A DNA stretch of 64,000 nt from a virus (taxonomy: Duplodnaviria; Caudoviricetes): the IMG/VR virus record IMGVR_UViG_3300029288_000056, positions 64,001-128,000 of that record, one strand, 5' to 3'. Shown piece after piece: positions 1 through 10,009 of this stretch (its first letter is position 1; every line of letters starts with the position of its first letter). The position numbers were made by a program, and so were the translations under genes. Under the pieces are notes generated by a model, which saw nothing but the letters and a program-made list of their open reading frames with translations, was not told the origin of the DNA and made no database searches.

Positions 1-641
1 ATGTTCATGCTCCCCATTCCTTCACAGGCTTTGTCAAATATATACATCAGGTCCTCATCGGACATATCGTCAATTTCGGGGATATCTCCCGTATCAATCT
101 GCTCGTGGATAACCATTCTAATCGTTGCTGCGTTTAAAAACGTATTAAGTTTACTCATTTTTCTCACATCCTTATTTGCTGCCATTTTTTCATAACGTCC
201 CTTTGCGTCATTAAGCTGTTGTTCGGTAAACATGGGGGTCTTGAGACTGTAGGAATAATAGACGGCGGGACTCATATCCTTCCAATCATAACCTTTCCTG
301 CTTGGTAAGCGGGTGTGTTGTATGTTTGGATCGTTGAAGAACTTCTCCCAAAGACCCTGTGCCTCATCTGAAGTTGTCGAGGAGACATCTGATGCAATCC
401 TCCCGAATACCTGCATTGCGATAAGGTACGCGAGTGCTCCGTAGCCGTGCACCCCGTAACCGCCCTGCACCGTCCAATAACCACCTTTGTGCCACAGAGT
501 AACACGGGCAGCCCAATCTTCGCCACGCTCATGGATGCCGGGAGCGTAAAGATAAATCCTTTTCCATGAGCCCGAAGAACCTGCGTTATCGATATACAGG
601 CCCACATCCTCAATGCGGGCCATACTTGCGTCTAGTCTCAA
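1..641 (-). CDS. GNAT-like effector fused via the tag peptide to a second, acidic domain; runs off the left edge; missing from ORF track
   Basis: Manual translation from TTG at 641: MRLDASMARIEDVGLY...HGYGALAYLIAMQVFGRIASDVSSTTSDEAQGLWEKFFNDP...KMSKLNTFLNAATIRM; no stop before position 1. Confidence 0.85.
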   Translation of the reverse strand, partial: MRLDASMARIEDVGLYIDNAGSSGSWKRIYLYAPGIHERGEDWAARVTLWHKGGYWTVQGGYGVHGYGALAYLIAMQVFGRIASDVSSTTSDEAQGLWEKFFNDPNIQHTRLPSRKGYDWKDMSPAVYYSYSLKTPMFTEQQLNDAKGRYEKMAANKDVRKMSKLNTFLNAATIRMVIHEQIDTGDIPEIDDMSDEDLMYIFDKACEGMGSMN

Positions 642-1399
642 AACTTCCACCCCGATTCTAGGAGATCCTTTTGTAGTTGAGTGAAGCTTCTTAAAATACC
701 AACGAAAGTAGATCGTAGTTCGTCGGACACGTTCTTGTGGATAGTCTCCAAAGTCAGCGCACAAGTCATCACGAAGCTAGCAAAGACTGAGGTGAATTCA
801 TTCATATTAAACTCTACGTCAACTCCGACATCGAACTCGCTAATGGCCTTCCTGTACAGTAGTTCTATCGCAGTGAATTGGCTCTTTAGATTCTCATAGT
901 TACCACTGCTGGCTAGTTCGTTAAAACCGTTAATTATTGGCGGGCCGAAAGACTCAATAATGATCTTGGCGGTCTCTAGTTTGTCGAGATTTTCGGTCGG
1001 TGACGATTCTACCGTTTTGTCACCTGCACTCCATCCTAAGTCTACAACTTCTTGTCTGAAGGCGACGAAGTCTCCCATTTTACGCATTAACGAATGAGTC
1101 GCTGTAGTATCGGGAATCTGATTAAAGATACTCACGCATTTAGTCATCATCTCGGCGAAGTCTTCGTTAAACTGTCGACTGTTGAACTCTACGTCCACAT
1201 TAACTCTAAGGTCTTGGAGAGCGGCCTGATAACTTTGTTCTGCGGATTCTATTTGTGGCAACAATCCGTTAAACCCACTGTTGGCCACTTCATGTAAAGC
1301 CTCAAAGGTCGGCGGCATGTACTTCTCTAGAATCTCGGCCATCTTCATTATCTTGTCCGCGTTTTGTGCGGCAGTCAGAAAGTCTGTTAGTTTACTCAT
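638..1399 (-). CDS. Tagged helical protein with an internal two-fold repeat
   Basis: N-terminal MSKLTDFLTAA; both ~115-aa halves share PP...E.A.SG...VDVEFN...GW. Confidence 0.75.
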   Translation of the reverse strand: MSKLTDFLTAAQNADKIMKMAEILEKYMPPTFEALHEVANSGFNGLLPQIESAEQSYQAALQDLRVNVDVEFNSRQFNEDFAEMMTKCVSIFNQIPDTTATHSLMRKMGDFVAFRQEVVDLGWSAGDKTVESSPTENLDKLETAKIIIESFGPPIINGFNELASSGNYENLKSQFTAIELLYRKAISEFDVGVDVEFNMNEFTSVFASFVMTCALTLETIHKNVSDELRSTFVGILRSFTQLQKDLLESGWKF

Positions 1400-1878
1400 T
1401 TTACTCCTAAAAGTTTTTCTATTGTTTGTCTTGTCTGTGGGTGAAGTTGTAACTTTGGACCGTGAACCTCATACCACCTCTTTGTGTTTGGCGTCCCTTG
1501 TACTCTACCTGCGCCTATCCAGTCTGCTACCATTTCCTTACATACGTTGAGCGGCATTTCGACTGTACTACAGGTCGGTCCGTTCTCGTCTTCGTCCAAC
1601 GGTATGATCCAATACTGCCAGTGGTGATCATTGCGCTTCTGATGTAAGAACCAAGCATAATCGAAATTTGGATCTATAAGTGTGTCTTCACTCTTGTAAT
1701 AACCGGTTGCCCCCCTCTTTACGTCGTTAAAGAAGTGCCTCGCATAAGGAATGAATTCGCTGGGGCGAAACTTAGAAAGATCGTGTGTGATTCCGCGCCA
1801 CCAAATGCCTAACCTACAGCAAGCAAGAAATACGAACCACTTGTGTTTTAAAATATACTTCAAATTCTTTAGGTACAT
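1396..1878 (-). CDS. DUF5662-like HD-type protein (untagged)
   Basis: HKWFV...HDLSKF...HQKRNDHHWQYW...EMVADWIGAG; start moved to the ATG after GGAGG. Confidence 0.75.
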   Translation of the reverse strand: MYLKNLKYILKHKWFVFLACCRLGIWWRGITHDLSKFRPSEFIPYARHFFNDVKRGATGYYKSEDTLIDPNFDYAWFLHQKRNDHHWQYWIIPLDEDENGPTCSTVEMPLNVCKEMVADWIGAGRVQGTPNTKRWYEVHGPKLQLHPQTRQTIEKLLGVK

Positions 1879-1879
1879 T

Positions 1880-3034
1880 CTACCCTCCTGCGTACTTATA
1901 TTCAAAAAATTCAGTGGCCATATCGCTCATGAAAGTCTTCACGCCAGCACCATAATTTACTTTTTTTAGAATAATCCCTATCTTTTCAAGGGCCTGATTG
2001 CTTAAGCTATACATTGGCGCAGTGTTGATGATATTTTGATTAGTGGTATAGTAATAGTTAACACACTCACTACCTATATCTTCACCACGATCATGCGCTT
2101 GAATAACGGGGTTAAGCTTTTGACTGTCTTTTAAGAAGTGTTGCCAAACATTCAACGCGTCTTCATCTGTCTCGCCATCCATGTCTGAGGCTAGTCCCTT
2201 TCCTTTTGCTGTGGCGTCTTGCATTACAATGATGTAAAGGCTGGGACCCAATTTCTTTTTAGCGGCCGACTCTTCGACGGTATAGAACTTAGGCTTCCGC
2301 TCTATATTAAGAACGGCGCCGATTGTGTCTTGAAAATAACTTATGAAACCGTTATCCGTCTCAAACTCGTCGTCGGCTCGGTTAAGAACATCCTGAGCGT
2401 CGTATAGTATGAAGGTCTGGCTATAATCATCGTCCGGCCCGGTGTAAAGGCCTAACCCCTGCGGATTAGCCATCTTAGCTTCTAGACGGTTATAAGACAA
2501 ATAAGACATAGATGCTTTAAAACGAGGGACATATCGTTCATCAAAGAAACCAAAGCCAACATCGACCAAATCTTTATTGCTGATAGTTTTAACATCATTT
2601 ACTAAGGCTTGGCTGATTGAGATAACCTGTTGTTTCGCAGCATAAGCATAAGAGAGATAATCCCGGTCACTGTCTCTTATTTTAATAAGATTGAGAGGGC
2701 CATTACCATCTACGTTGTCATCGTAGAATCTCTTCCAAACTCTTTGCGCGGCGTCACTAGGCCAGTATGATGGAGCAAGCCCAACCGCTCCGGAGTCTTG
2801 AATAGCTATCATATATATAGAAGGGCCAAAGTCGTACTCCGCCCCTCCATCATCCACCATCCAGAATGTTTTATTATCATCATTCGTTACCTTAGATGTA
2901 CTGACAAAACCACGCACAGAATCAACAAGAAATTTAGATATCATCGTATCATAGAGAATGTATTGTCTTTCCGATCCATGTTTAACGATTCGTAAAGCCA
3001 GTTTGCCTATGGACTTGAAATACGCGTTTAGCAT
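1880..3034 (-). CDS. Tandem double GNAT-like protein
   Basis: Two copies of GP.lY.I.mQD...GLA.....s..A..VW..F; short leader MLNA. Confidence 0.7.
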   Translation of the reverse strand: MLNAYFKSIGKLALRIVKHGSERQYILYDTMISKFLVDSVRGFVSTSKVTNDDNKTFWMVDDGGAEYDFGPSIYMIAIQDSGAVGLAPSYWPSDAAQRVWKRFYDDNVDGNGPLNLIKIRDSDRDYLSYAYAAKQQVISISQALVNDVKTISNKDLVDVGFGFFDERYVPRFKASMSYLSYNRLEAKMANPQGLGLYTGPDDDYSQTFILYDAQDVLNRADDEFETDNGFISYFQDTIGAVLNIERKPKFYTVEESAAKKKLGPSLYIIVMQDATAKGKGLASDMDGETDEDALNVWQHFLKDSQKLNPVIQAHDRGEDIGSECVNYYYTTNQNIINTAPMYSLSNQALEKIGIILKKVNYGAGVKTFMSDMATEFFEYKYAGG

Positions 3035-3972
3035 TTAATCACCTTTACTTTTGGAACAATCCCTAATATGTATGCAATATCCATTCGGGTGTTTCCACTC
3101 ATAACTCTAAACTGACCTTTTATGTCTAAGATCAACGGATAGGGAAGTGCAACACCAATCTTCATCTTATTTACCAAGTCGTCAACATCGCGCGGATGCC
3201 TGTAGTTAGAGGTTAGATCTTTGAGTTCATCTAATGTGCGGCAGCGGCTGCGATAACTTGTTTGTGAGTCTAAAGACTCGATCCAATCTACAACCGTTGC
3301 GGACTTTACTTGTTGTTTAAATTCGTCAAAGCCTTTAAACAGATCACCGAAGGCCGGTTGAACATGAGGTAGGTACTCCCAATCCCATTCTTGGCGGATT
3401 TGCTCGTCAGTGAGATCGCACCAATTAGATTGCGCAGCTCGCAGAAACATAGAGAGTTTATTTGCCGTTTTTTGCGTATTATATGGATTATTCATCCAAT
3501 CCCTTCTTCTGACCCAACTACTAATTATATTATAATCTGAGCCAATAAAATCACGAGGAATTTCATGGCATGCTATCATTTTAATAGGGACAAACAGTTC
3601 ACCATCAGTACCAACATATTTACTTTCTATTGAATTTAAAAACCTATCCCCTACAGGAATACCCTCAAACACTTGAATAAAACCCATTGAGTAGTTTAGG
3701 GAAAATAACATGATCTTATCATCCACGGTTAAATCAGAGGATGGTGCGTCCATATTATAACCGAACAATGTCTTAGGTGGAGTTGGGAGTTGCCAGCCAT
3801 GATCTGTCTCTACCAATAAGTCAGCAATATCACCAAAGGCTAGTTCAGCTTCTTCTTTGGTTTTAAAAACATTAAATCCCCAAGGACCCGCTTCCCCGCC
3901 TAACTCCTCTTCCCAATCATAGTATGATTGTTCATCGGGGATGGGGTCTATGTCACAACGGATAAAAATCAT
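3028..3972 (-). CDS. RxD-SYYD family domain + tag + ParB/Srx-like domain
   Basis: MIFIRCDIDPIPDEQSYYD; ANKLSMFLRAA linker; PLIL...VMSGNTRM. Confidence 0.7.
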   Translation of the reverse strand: MIFIRCDIDPIPDEQSYYDWEEELGGEAGPWGFNVFKTKEEAELAFGDIADLLVETDHGWQLPTPPKTLFGYNMDAPSSDLTVDDKIMLFSLNYSMGFIQVFEGIPVGDRFLNSIESKYVGTDGELFVPIKMIACHEIPRDFIGSDYNIISSWVRRRDWMNNPYNTQKTANKLSMFLRAAQSNWCDLTDEQIRQEWDWEYLPHVQPAFGDLFKGFDEFKQQVKSATVVDWIESLDSQTSYRSRCRTLDELKDLTSNYRHPRDVDDLVNKMKIGVALPYPLILDIKGQFRVMSGNTRMDIAYILGIVPKVKVIKC

Positions 3973-4547
3973 TCTATTCCTCTTAAAAACGCGCTGAGTT
4001 TGTTGGCTGATAATTGCAAGTTATACACATGCCCCCAAACCAATTGACATTTATAATCTCCCGGATATAAGATATATTCCAATTCACTGCTACCAATTCC
4101 CTCTGAATTATCGATCCTCTCACACAAATGCATATGTTGCAGTTCTTCTTTAAACTCTTCGTATAAGGCACCCACATTAACAGCGATCTTGGATGGATCT
4201 ATAATCGTCTTAATAATACATCCGTTTCCATCACTATCATCCACAAAAACCGCTGCCACTGTTTGTTCTTCTGTCCATGAAGTAAATCTATCGTCGTGGT
4301 ACGTTAAAGTTGTATCTCCCGCTCTAATCCATCCACCAGAAGTTAAGTTTTCGTGTATATATTCTTTACTTAATTTTGGTGCGGTTAGGGAAATATTTGA
4401 CTCCCACGTAGTTAATCCTCTATATAGACTTACATCACTAGTCAGCGTAAATCTCTTAGACAACTCAATAAGCTCCGGACTTATCTTGTACTCTATACCC
4501 TCTACCCAACGATAGAGAGATTCTAATGCGCTATTGGAGTCTATCAT
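3969..4547 (-). CDS. R-S-E class ADP-ribosyltransferase-like protein with C-terminal tag
   Basis: LYRG...FTSWT...ELEYILYPG; ends SANKLSAFLRGIE. Confidence 0.7.
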   Translation of the reverse strand: MIDSNSALESLYRWVEGIEYKISPELIELSKRFTLTSDVSLYRGLTTWESNISLTAPKLSKEYIHENLTSGGWIRAGDTTLTYHDDRFTSWTEEQTVAAVFVDDSDGNGCIIKTIIDPSKIAVNVGALYEEFKEELQHMHLCERIDNSEGIGSSELEYILYPGDYKCQLVWGHVYNLQLSANKLSAFLRGIE

Positions 4548-6420
4548 AATTATCACCTAAAAGAAATAGTCTCAGTTTTTCGGCCGCTAATTGGTCTTTG
4601 AGTGGATCTACTATGGATTGTATATACACTTTTAGGCCGTTTTGAATATAGTCAACCAATTCTTGTAGTGTTGAAAACCGTTCTTTCTTTTCTGCTAATT
4701 GTTTACCCCGACCGATATTAGAGTCCACATTCACTTCTAGATTATTTTCAACGAACACCTGAATATTGGGATACCATCTATCATGTGCAAGAGGTGAATT
4801 TACAAAGCCTAGCGCGAATCCGGGGGTCTTATTCCAATTCCGCTCAAGCTTACAATTAAACTGCTGTGCGAGGCTCTGGGCGGTCTCTTTAACGATCTTA
4901 CTAAGATCCACTTCGTTAGTCCAGTTGCCCATTATATCCACTAGCTCAACAGGATAACTACCGGGTTTTAATATGTATTCATCTTGATCAAACTGTAAAT
5001 AAGCTCTAACCGGAGCCGGTAGCTTTCCAATTGGGACCGCAATCATTTCGGGAGACACAGTTGTTTTAAATAACAGTCCTAAAGACCCCTCGTCTAAAAT
5101 TGCTCCTCCAAATCCACCCATAAACCTTCCCATAAACTCCTTGGCAACATTTTGGGAAGAAGACCAAGACTGGTACTTTCCCGTCTCATAGACTGAGCGC
5201 TCACCAACCGTTGGTGTTAGTTTAAACTTGCGTAAGATTTGTCTCATTTGGACTATATCAAAGCCGAGTCCACGGTAGAGTATCGTAGGAGATGTTGGTA
5301 GAAAGGGCTTAAAGTACTCAGAAACACGAGTATCTAACATTCTCCCTGCCGATTGATTATAGCGCTTAATCTCATCTAGTACCCATATTGGAATACTTTG
5401 GACTTCCGGAGAAAGAACGGTTTCCCAATCTCCTACAAACTTTTCTAGTTTGTAAGTTCCTTTACTATAAAGTGCACTGATCAAATACTTGTCTTGAGAG
5501 TCATTAAATAATTGCTGTGTTTCCTGAGGAAGGTCACAAAGCGGGCAACAAAGGTATTGAATAGGATGTGTGATCGTTGTGCTGTAGAGAACGCCCAAGT
5601 ACTTTCCTTGTGATATTCTTTGCCATCCGGCCATCGCCGCTTCTTCTGAAATGTACCAAACATCCCTATCGGGATTGTTGAGGAATGGCCATAATCGTTC
5701 CTCGGCATCTCCTATCTTATTGTTCTCTGTAAACTTTTTAGCTCTCTGAAATTCTTTAGGCTCTATATGATAAAGAGTCCGATCTTGAGTATAAGACATA
5801 AAATATTTGATAACTTCTTCGTCGTAAGGCTCAAAAAAACGTCTGTCGTTCCAATATTTCGCAGTGGACTTAAGCTTATCCTCGAAAGTCACGGTTTCGG
5901 CCTGCAAGAATCTAGTTAACGCCGCAGCCTTTTGTGTAAATGGATTTATTGAAAAAGTACCAGTTCTCGCCCAATCTATTAGAGCTGATGTTTTTAAAAA
6001 ATTATCAGGTATTTTGTAGCAGTACAACATTTTAATTGGCACAAACAGCTCGCCGTCTGTCATTATAGATTTATCTACGATTGAGAAGTAAAGTGAGTCA
6101 CCTACTGGGTATCCTTCCCAAACTTGTAGATAGCCACCCGGCTGAAAGTAGAAGTGTTCCATCGGTATATCAGCAACCCAACCAAATAAAGTATTTGGAG
6201 GCGTAGCTATTTGCCAACCCCTTTTTGTATGCACTATTAACTTTTCCAATAGCTCTGCGGTGGCTCTGGTCTTATTGGTAAAAGCCTCTATAAGCTCTTC
6301 TTTTGTTTCAAAATAATTAGCGGCGCTCCATAAACCCTCTTTACCTCCAATATAACTGGTCCAATCATAATAAGACTGTTTATCTGGTATAGGGTCTCTA
6401 TCGCTGCGTAAAAATATCAT
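4531..6420 (-). CDS. Multidomain effector: RxD-SYYD domain + tag + ART-like domain(s) + C-terminal tag
   Basis: MIFLRSDRDPIPDKQSYYD; AAALTRFLQA; LYRGL...QSWS...QDEYILKPG; AAEKLRLFLLG. Confidence 0.75.
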   Translation of the reverse strand: MIFLRSDRDPIPDKQSYYDWTSYIGGKEGLWSAANYFETKEELIEAFTNKTRATAELLEKLIVHTKRGWQIATPPNTLFGWVADIPMEHFYFQPGGYLQVWEGYPVGDSLYFSIVDKSIMTDGELFVPIKMLYCYKIPDNFLKTSALIDWARTGTFSINPFTQKAAALTRFLQAETVTFEDKLKSTAKYWNDRRFFEPYDEEVIKYFMSYTQDRTLYHIEPKEFQRAKKFTENNKIGDAEERLWPFLNNPDRDVWYISEEAAMAGWQRISQGKYLGVLYSTTITHPIQYLCCPLCDLPQETQQLFNDSQDKYLISALYSKGTYKLEKFVGDWETVLSPEVQSIPIWVLDEIKRYNQSAGRMLDTRVSEYFKPFLPTSPTILYRGLGFDIVQMRQILRKFKLTPTVGERSVYETGKYQSWSSSQNVAKEFMGRFMGGFGGAILDEGSLGLLFKTTVSPEMIAVPIGKLPAPVRAYLQFDQDEYILKPGSYPVELVDIMGNWTNEVDLSKIVKETAQSLAQQFNCKLERNWNKTPGFALGFVNSPLAHDRWYPNIQVFVENNLEVNVDSNIGRGKQLAEKKERFSTLQELVDYIQNGLKVYIQSIVDPLKDQLAAEKLRLFLLGDNYDRLQ

Positions 6421-6421
6421 T

Positions 6422-7471
6422 TCAACTCCATAAATCATTTAACAGTTTTGTCGCATCTGCCCAGTCGCTATTTATTAACTTCCTAGCAAATGATTGAACG
6501 CTCATCTTAGTCTTACTAAGATGTGCCAAAAAATCATTAACATTAGGGTCGTAATGATGGGAGGCTACTGCTAGCTCAATCTGCCCAGCTATATCTCTTG
6601 CGACTGCGTCAACCATACCTTCCACGCTTTCCCGATTAGGTCCTCCGAATAATACAGAATGTAATATCTCATGCAGCAAAGCATATGACTCGCCGTTATC
6701 ATCTAGATCCTTCAATTTGATGTCATCAGTTACACAATTGTAAACACCTTTGGTCTCTAGATCCAGCCCCTCCTTATTTAGAACACTCCCCCATTTATCA
6801 GTGTTATAAATAGTCGTTTTTACATACTCAACTGATTTGCCTAAATATTGGGACACAACACCTATAAGGTATTGCATGGTGGGGCAAGTCTTTGGGACCA
6901 CTTGTTTCCCTTTAGAAACAAAGTCTGCTAACAAGAATCTTGTGAGTGATGCGGCTTTTTGTGTGAACGGATTCACTGACCACTCCTTATTATTGTACCA
7001 TTGTTCCATCGCTGCAAAACTATAGTCCCAAATATTGGCAATAATCTTATAGCAGTAAAGCATCTTGACCGGAATGAATAGATCTCCGTCTGTAAAGATG
7101 TTGTGGCTCTTAGTTAATATCTTCCCGTATATATCTCCAACGGGTACACCTTCCCAAATTTGTAGGTAGTTATTAGCGGATATAATATCGAAATCTATTA
7201 GATTAAAGCTTTCATCTGTATTGTACCCAAATAATGTCTTTGGTGGAGTGGCAAGTTGCCATCCTCTCTCGGTCTCCATAATCATTTGTTTTGCAATGGC
7301 CAATGGAACCTCATTAGAATAAAGAAAGTGTATAATTTCTATTTCCGTCTTAAAGAAATTATGAGAGTCATATAGCCCCTCCCCGCTATTTCTCCCACCA
7401 AGATAGGGGTGCCAATCATAATATGACTGCTTATCTGGAGTTTTGTCACGGTCTCCGCGTAAGAATTTCAT
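6422..7471 (-). CDS. RxD-SYYD domain + tag + zincin-like metallopeptidase
   Basis: QSYYD; AASLTRFLLA; HEILH followed by EGMVDAVA. Confidence 0.75.
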   Translation of the reverse strand: MKFLRGDRDKTPDKQSYYDWHPYLGGRNSGEGLYDSHNFFKTEIEIIHFLYSNEVPLAIAKQMIMETERGWQLATPPKTLFGYNTDESFNLIDFDIISANNYLQIWEGVPVGDIYGKILTKSHNIFTDGDLFIPVKMLYCYKIIANIWDYSFAAMEQWYNNKEWSVNPFTQKAASLTRFLLADFVSKGKQVVPKTCPTMQYLIGVVSQYLGKSVEYVKTTIYNTDKWGSVLNKEGLDLETKGVYNCVTDDIKLKDLDDNGESYALLHEILHSVLFGGPNRESVEGMVDAVARDIAGQIELAVASHHYDPNVNDFLAHLSKTKMSVQSFARKLINSDWADATKLLNDLWS

Positions 7472-8538
7472 CTTTGAAATTTCCTAACTTTCTCAATGGC
7501 GCTTATCTTTGAAGGGGATATTACCCCTCCGACCACTTGACGAATAAATTCCTGCATCGATAACCCTGTATACTGTTTGATTGCTTTTTTAGCTTGATTA
7601 GCTTCTTCAAAGTAAGTAAAATCGGCCGAGGGAATACCCTTATTCTTTCTTTGAATGTCTCTTGCCATAGCGTCTACAATTCCTTCATCATTGATATTAA
7701 ATTGATTGAGGGTTGCATGACATAATTCGTGAAGTAGAGAGTAATATTCTTGGTTTCCTCTCAGGTCTTTGATACCTATTTGTTGATCAACTCCTATTGT
7801 GAAGCCTGCTGTATGTTTAGGGTCTAGCGACCACCTTTCACAAAGGTCACCCCATTTTTTATCATTGGCAATTTTAATTACGTAGTAGCTCGATACACCA
7901 GCATAGTCAGTGATCAATTCTAACAAATATTTAACTGCGGGACAGGTTTCGGGGACTATCTGATATCCTGTGGATTGAAAGTCGGCTAATAAAAACTCCT
8001 GTAATGACGCACTCTTTTGTGTTTTAGCCCACTCCCATGGCGGGATAGACAGGTCAGTTTTCTTCCAAGCTTCCCATTCATCCCAATTGGCGTCCTCTGG
8101 CTCGTACGTTCTCAGTGGCGGAATCTTCCAAGAGCGAAGTAGTCTGATCGGAATGAACAGATCCCCATCCCAAACAGAATCTCGCCGTAGTCGAGAATAC
8201 TCGTCAATCCATGTTCCTTCCCACACTTGTAGGTAGCGACCAGCCTTATAGTAAGCTAAAATACTTAACGTATTCCATCCCTCAGGTCGCGTAGGATCTA
8301 CACATTGGCCAAATAGAAAACCTTCTCCAGCCGGCAATCCCCACCCTATTTCCGTTTTAATGACGTGTTCTTCAATATACTGCTTGTGCCGATCTCCGTA
8401 GGTGTGGACTAAATTATCAATGGCGGAATCTCGGGTGGGCCAGCTACTTTGCCAGTTTTCCTCTTGACCCCAGCCGCGATCATCATAGTAGCTTTGGGTG
8501 TCCACCGTCTCGTCTTTGTCTATGCGGAGAAACTTCAT
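7468..8538 (-). CDS. RxD-SYYD domain + tag + zincin-like metallopeptidase
   Basis: QSYYD; SASLQEFLLA; HELCH...EGIVDAMA. Confidence 0.75.
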   Translation of the reverse strand: MKFLRIDKDETVDTQSYYDDRGWGQEENWQSSWPTRDSAIDNLVHTYGDRHKQYIEEHVIKTEIGWGLPAGEGFLFGQCVDPTRPEGWNTLSILAYYKAGRYLQVWEGTWIDEYSRLRRDSVWDGDLFIPIRLLRSWKIPPLRTYEPEDANWDEWEAWKKTDLSIPPWEWAKTQKSASLQEFLLADFQSTGYQIVPETCPAVKYLLELITDYAGVSSYYVIKIANDKKWGDLCERWSLDPKHTAGFTIGVDQQIGIKDLRGNQEYYSLLHELCHATLNQFNINDEGIVDAMARDIQRKNKGIPSADFTYFEEANQAKKAIKQYTGLSMQEFIRQVVGGVISPSKISAIEKVRKFQR

Positions 8539-9044
8539 CAGTCTGTTTTGCCTGTTAAAAAGTCACGTAATTTAGACGCACTCATTGATTGGTGCTGTCT
8601 GTCATACTGTCTCTTGTACTCTAAGCCCTCTTCTACCCAGTCAGGATTTTGTTCCTTAATACGCGCAATGTGTTTACAGTCTACACGGGGCATATGGCGC
8701 GTCCATGCGGGGCAAGAACAACCCCATACCCCTTGATCCGAAAGAGAAATCGTATAGTAGCGTTTTCCATCACTAGACTCTACTTCCCACTGCTTAACCC
8801 ACGAACCAATAGGAGGCTCTGCGTTTAGTTGATAATCTTTTAAATCACCAATGGCTGCGTCCTCATTCCAAAACGGCTCACCACTCTCGTTTCTATATTC
8901 ATATCCACACTTTGGGCATGTCCATACATAAATCCCCTCAATCTTCTCACCTTGAAAACTTATAGGATTATGGCATTTAGGGCAAGACCATCCTCCATCT
9001 ATTCCCGGATGTAAAATAGGGTGTATACCATCATTCTTTTTCAT
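8538..9044 (-). CDS. Zn-ribbon + SWIM zinc-finger protein with C-terminal tag
   Basis: CPKC...CPKC; CSCPAW...CKH; ends SASKLRDFLTGKTD. Confidence 0.75.
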   Translation of the reverse strand: MKKNDGIHPILHPGIDGGWSCPKCHNPISFQGEKIEGIYVWTCPKCGYEYRNESGEPFWNEDAAIGDLKDYQLNAEPPIGSWVKQWEVESSDGKRYYTISLSDQGVWGCSCPAWTRHMPRVDCKHIARIKEQNPDWVEEGLEYKRQYDRQHQSMSASKLRDFLTGKTD

Positions 9045-9307
9045 TTTATCTCCTTAATTTTATAAAGTATAACTGTCTTGTTCTTTCGGATCGTCTCTTT
9101 GCCCACGATCTGTCTCTCCATAACCTTCCACTTCTTACTGAAGGCGAAAAAGTGTTTCCCAAGAGCGTAACCGGGTGAGTCGCGTTTAATCCAATAGTCT
9201 CCGTGAAAATCGCGGCGAATTTCGAAGCCTTTCTTGCTTTGATATGCAAGAGGCATCTCGTTAAAAGCGGCTTCTAGCTGCTTGCGAGTGTCGTCTAATA
9301 TATTCAT
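9041..9307 (-). CDS. Hypothetical basic protein (untagged)
   Basis: ORF abuts both neighbours, SD present. Confidence 0.6.
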   Translation of the reverse strand: MNILDDTRKQLEAAFNEMPLAYQSKKGFEIRRDFHGDYWIKRDSPGYALGKHFFAFSKKWKVMERQIVGKETIRKNKTVILYKIKEIK

Positions 9308-9838
9308 TTATTCTCCTTTAAACCATACAGGGAAATACTCTTGCTGCTCTCCCCACTGATTACATCGCATCACATTGAATTCGGGGAAAGCCTCAATAAC
9401 CGCTTGGCACAATCCCGGATAGCGCTTTGGATTAAAGTCGTGTCCCGAGATAATACCTTTCACTTTCGGTAACCAAGCCTCGATTTCTCGTTTGGTAGGT
9501 TCGTACTCGTGTGAAGTATCAATAAACACAAAGTCTATCGACCGATCTGCGTACAACTTAGCGGCTTCGACGCTATCATAGCCGTCATAGATGTTTCGGA
9601 TCACAGATTGAACGGGTTCTAGATTGGCCATGAAGTTTGAGCGCGGACATATATCAACAAGATCGAGAGTGATGCTTTTTCCCGAATTAATGATCTCTAC
9701 ACCTATAAATGCGGCAGACTGTCCGAACTGCACGCCTATTTCTACTCCATGGGCTTGCTGAGGTAGTTGTCTCACGAGCCACTCGTAGAATTGCGGAAAG
9801 GTGAAGTTACCTTTAATCTGCCGCCAGTAGTGTTCCAT
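9308..9838 (-). CDS. Class I SAM-dependent methyltransferase (Methyltransf_24-like), untagged
   Basis: VEIGVQFGQSA; IDFVFIDTSHEY; GHDF. Confidence 0.85.
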   Translation of the reverse strand: MEHYWRQIKGNFTFPQFYEWLVRQLPQQAHGVEIGVQFGQSAAFIGVEIINSGKSITLDLVDICPRSNFMANLEPVQSVIRNIYDGYDSVEAAKLYADRSIDFVFIDTSHEYEPTKREIEAWLPKVKGIISGHDFNPKRYPGLCQAVIEAFPEFNVMRCNQWGEQQEYFPVWFKGE

Positions 9839-9903
9839 TATAATACCTTGATCAATATGATAGCAAGAATTACAACGATCAAGAATCCGATACCTATATA
9901 CAT
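9838..9903 (-). CDS. 21-aa single-TM peptide
   Basis: MYIGIGFLIVVILAIILIKVL; SD GAGGTG; stop overlaps next start. Confidence 0.55.
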   Translation of the reverse strand: MYIGIGFLIVVILAIILIKVL

Positions 9904-9928
9904 TTTCACCTCATTTGTATGATTCCGT

Positions 9929-10000
9929 TTATCTAGTGATTCTTCCTACGATAAATCCTAGAATAAAAAATACGACTCCGATCAAAATATAAGTTTCCAT
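9929..10000 (-). CDS. 23-aa single-TM peptide
   Basis: METYILIGVVFFILGFIVGRITR; SD AGGAGG. Confidence 0.55.
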   Translation of the reverse strand: METYILIGVVFFILGFIVGRITR

Positions 10001-10009
10001 AACGCCTCC

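Noticed and set aside
272-613. Track ORF 272..613 (-)
   Set aside because: Wrong frame; the overlapping frame from 641 encodes a clear member of the GNAT-like family.
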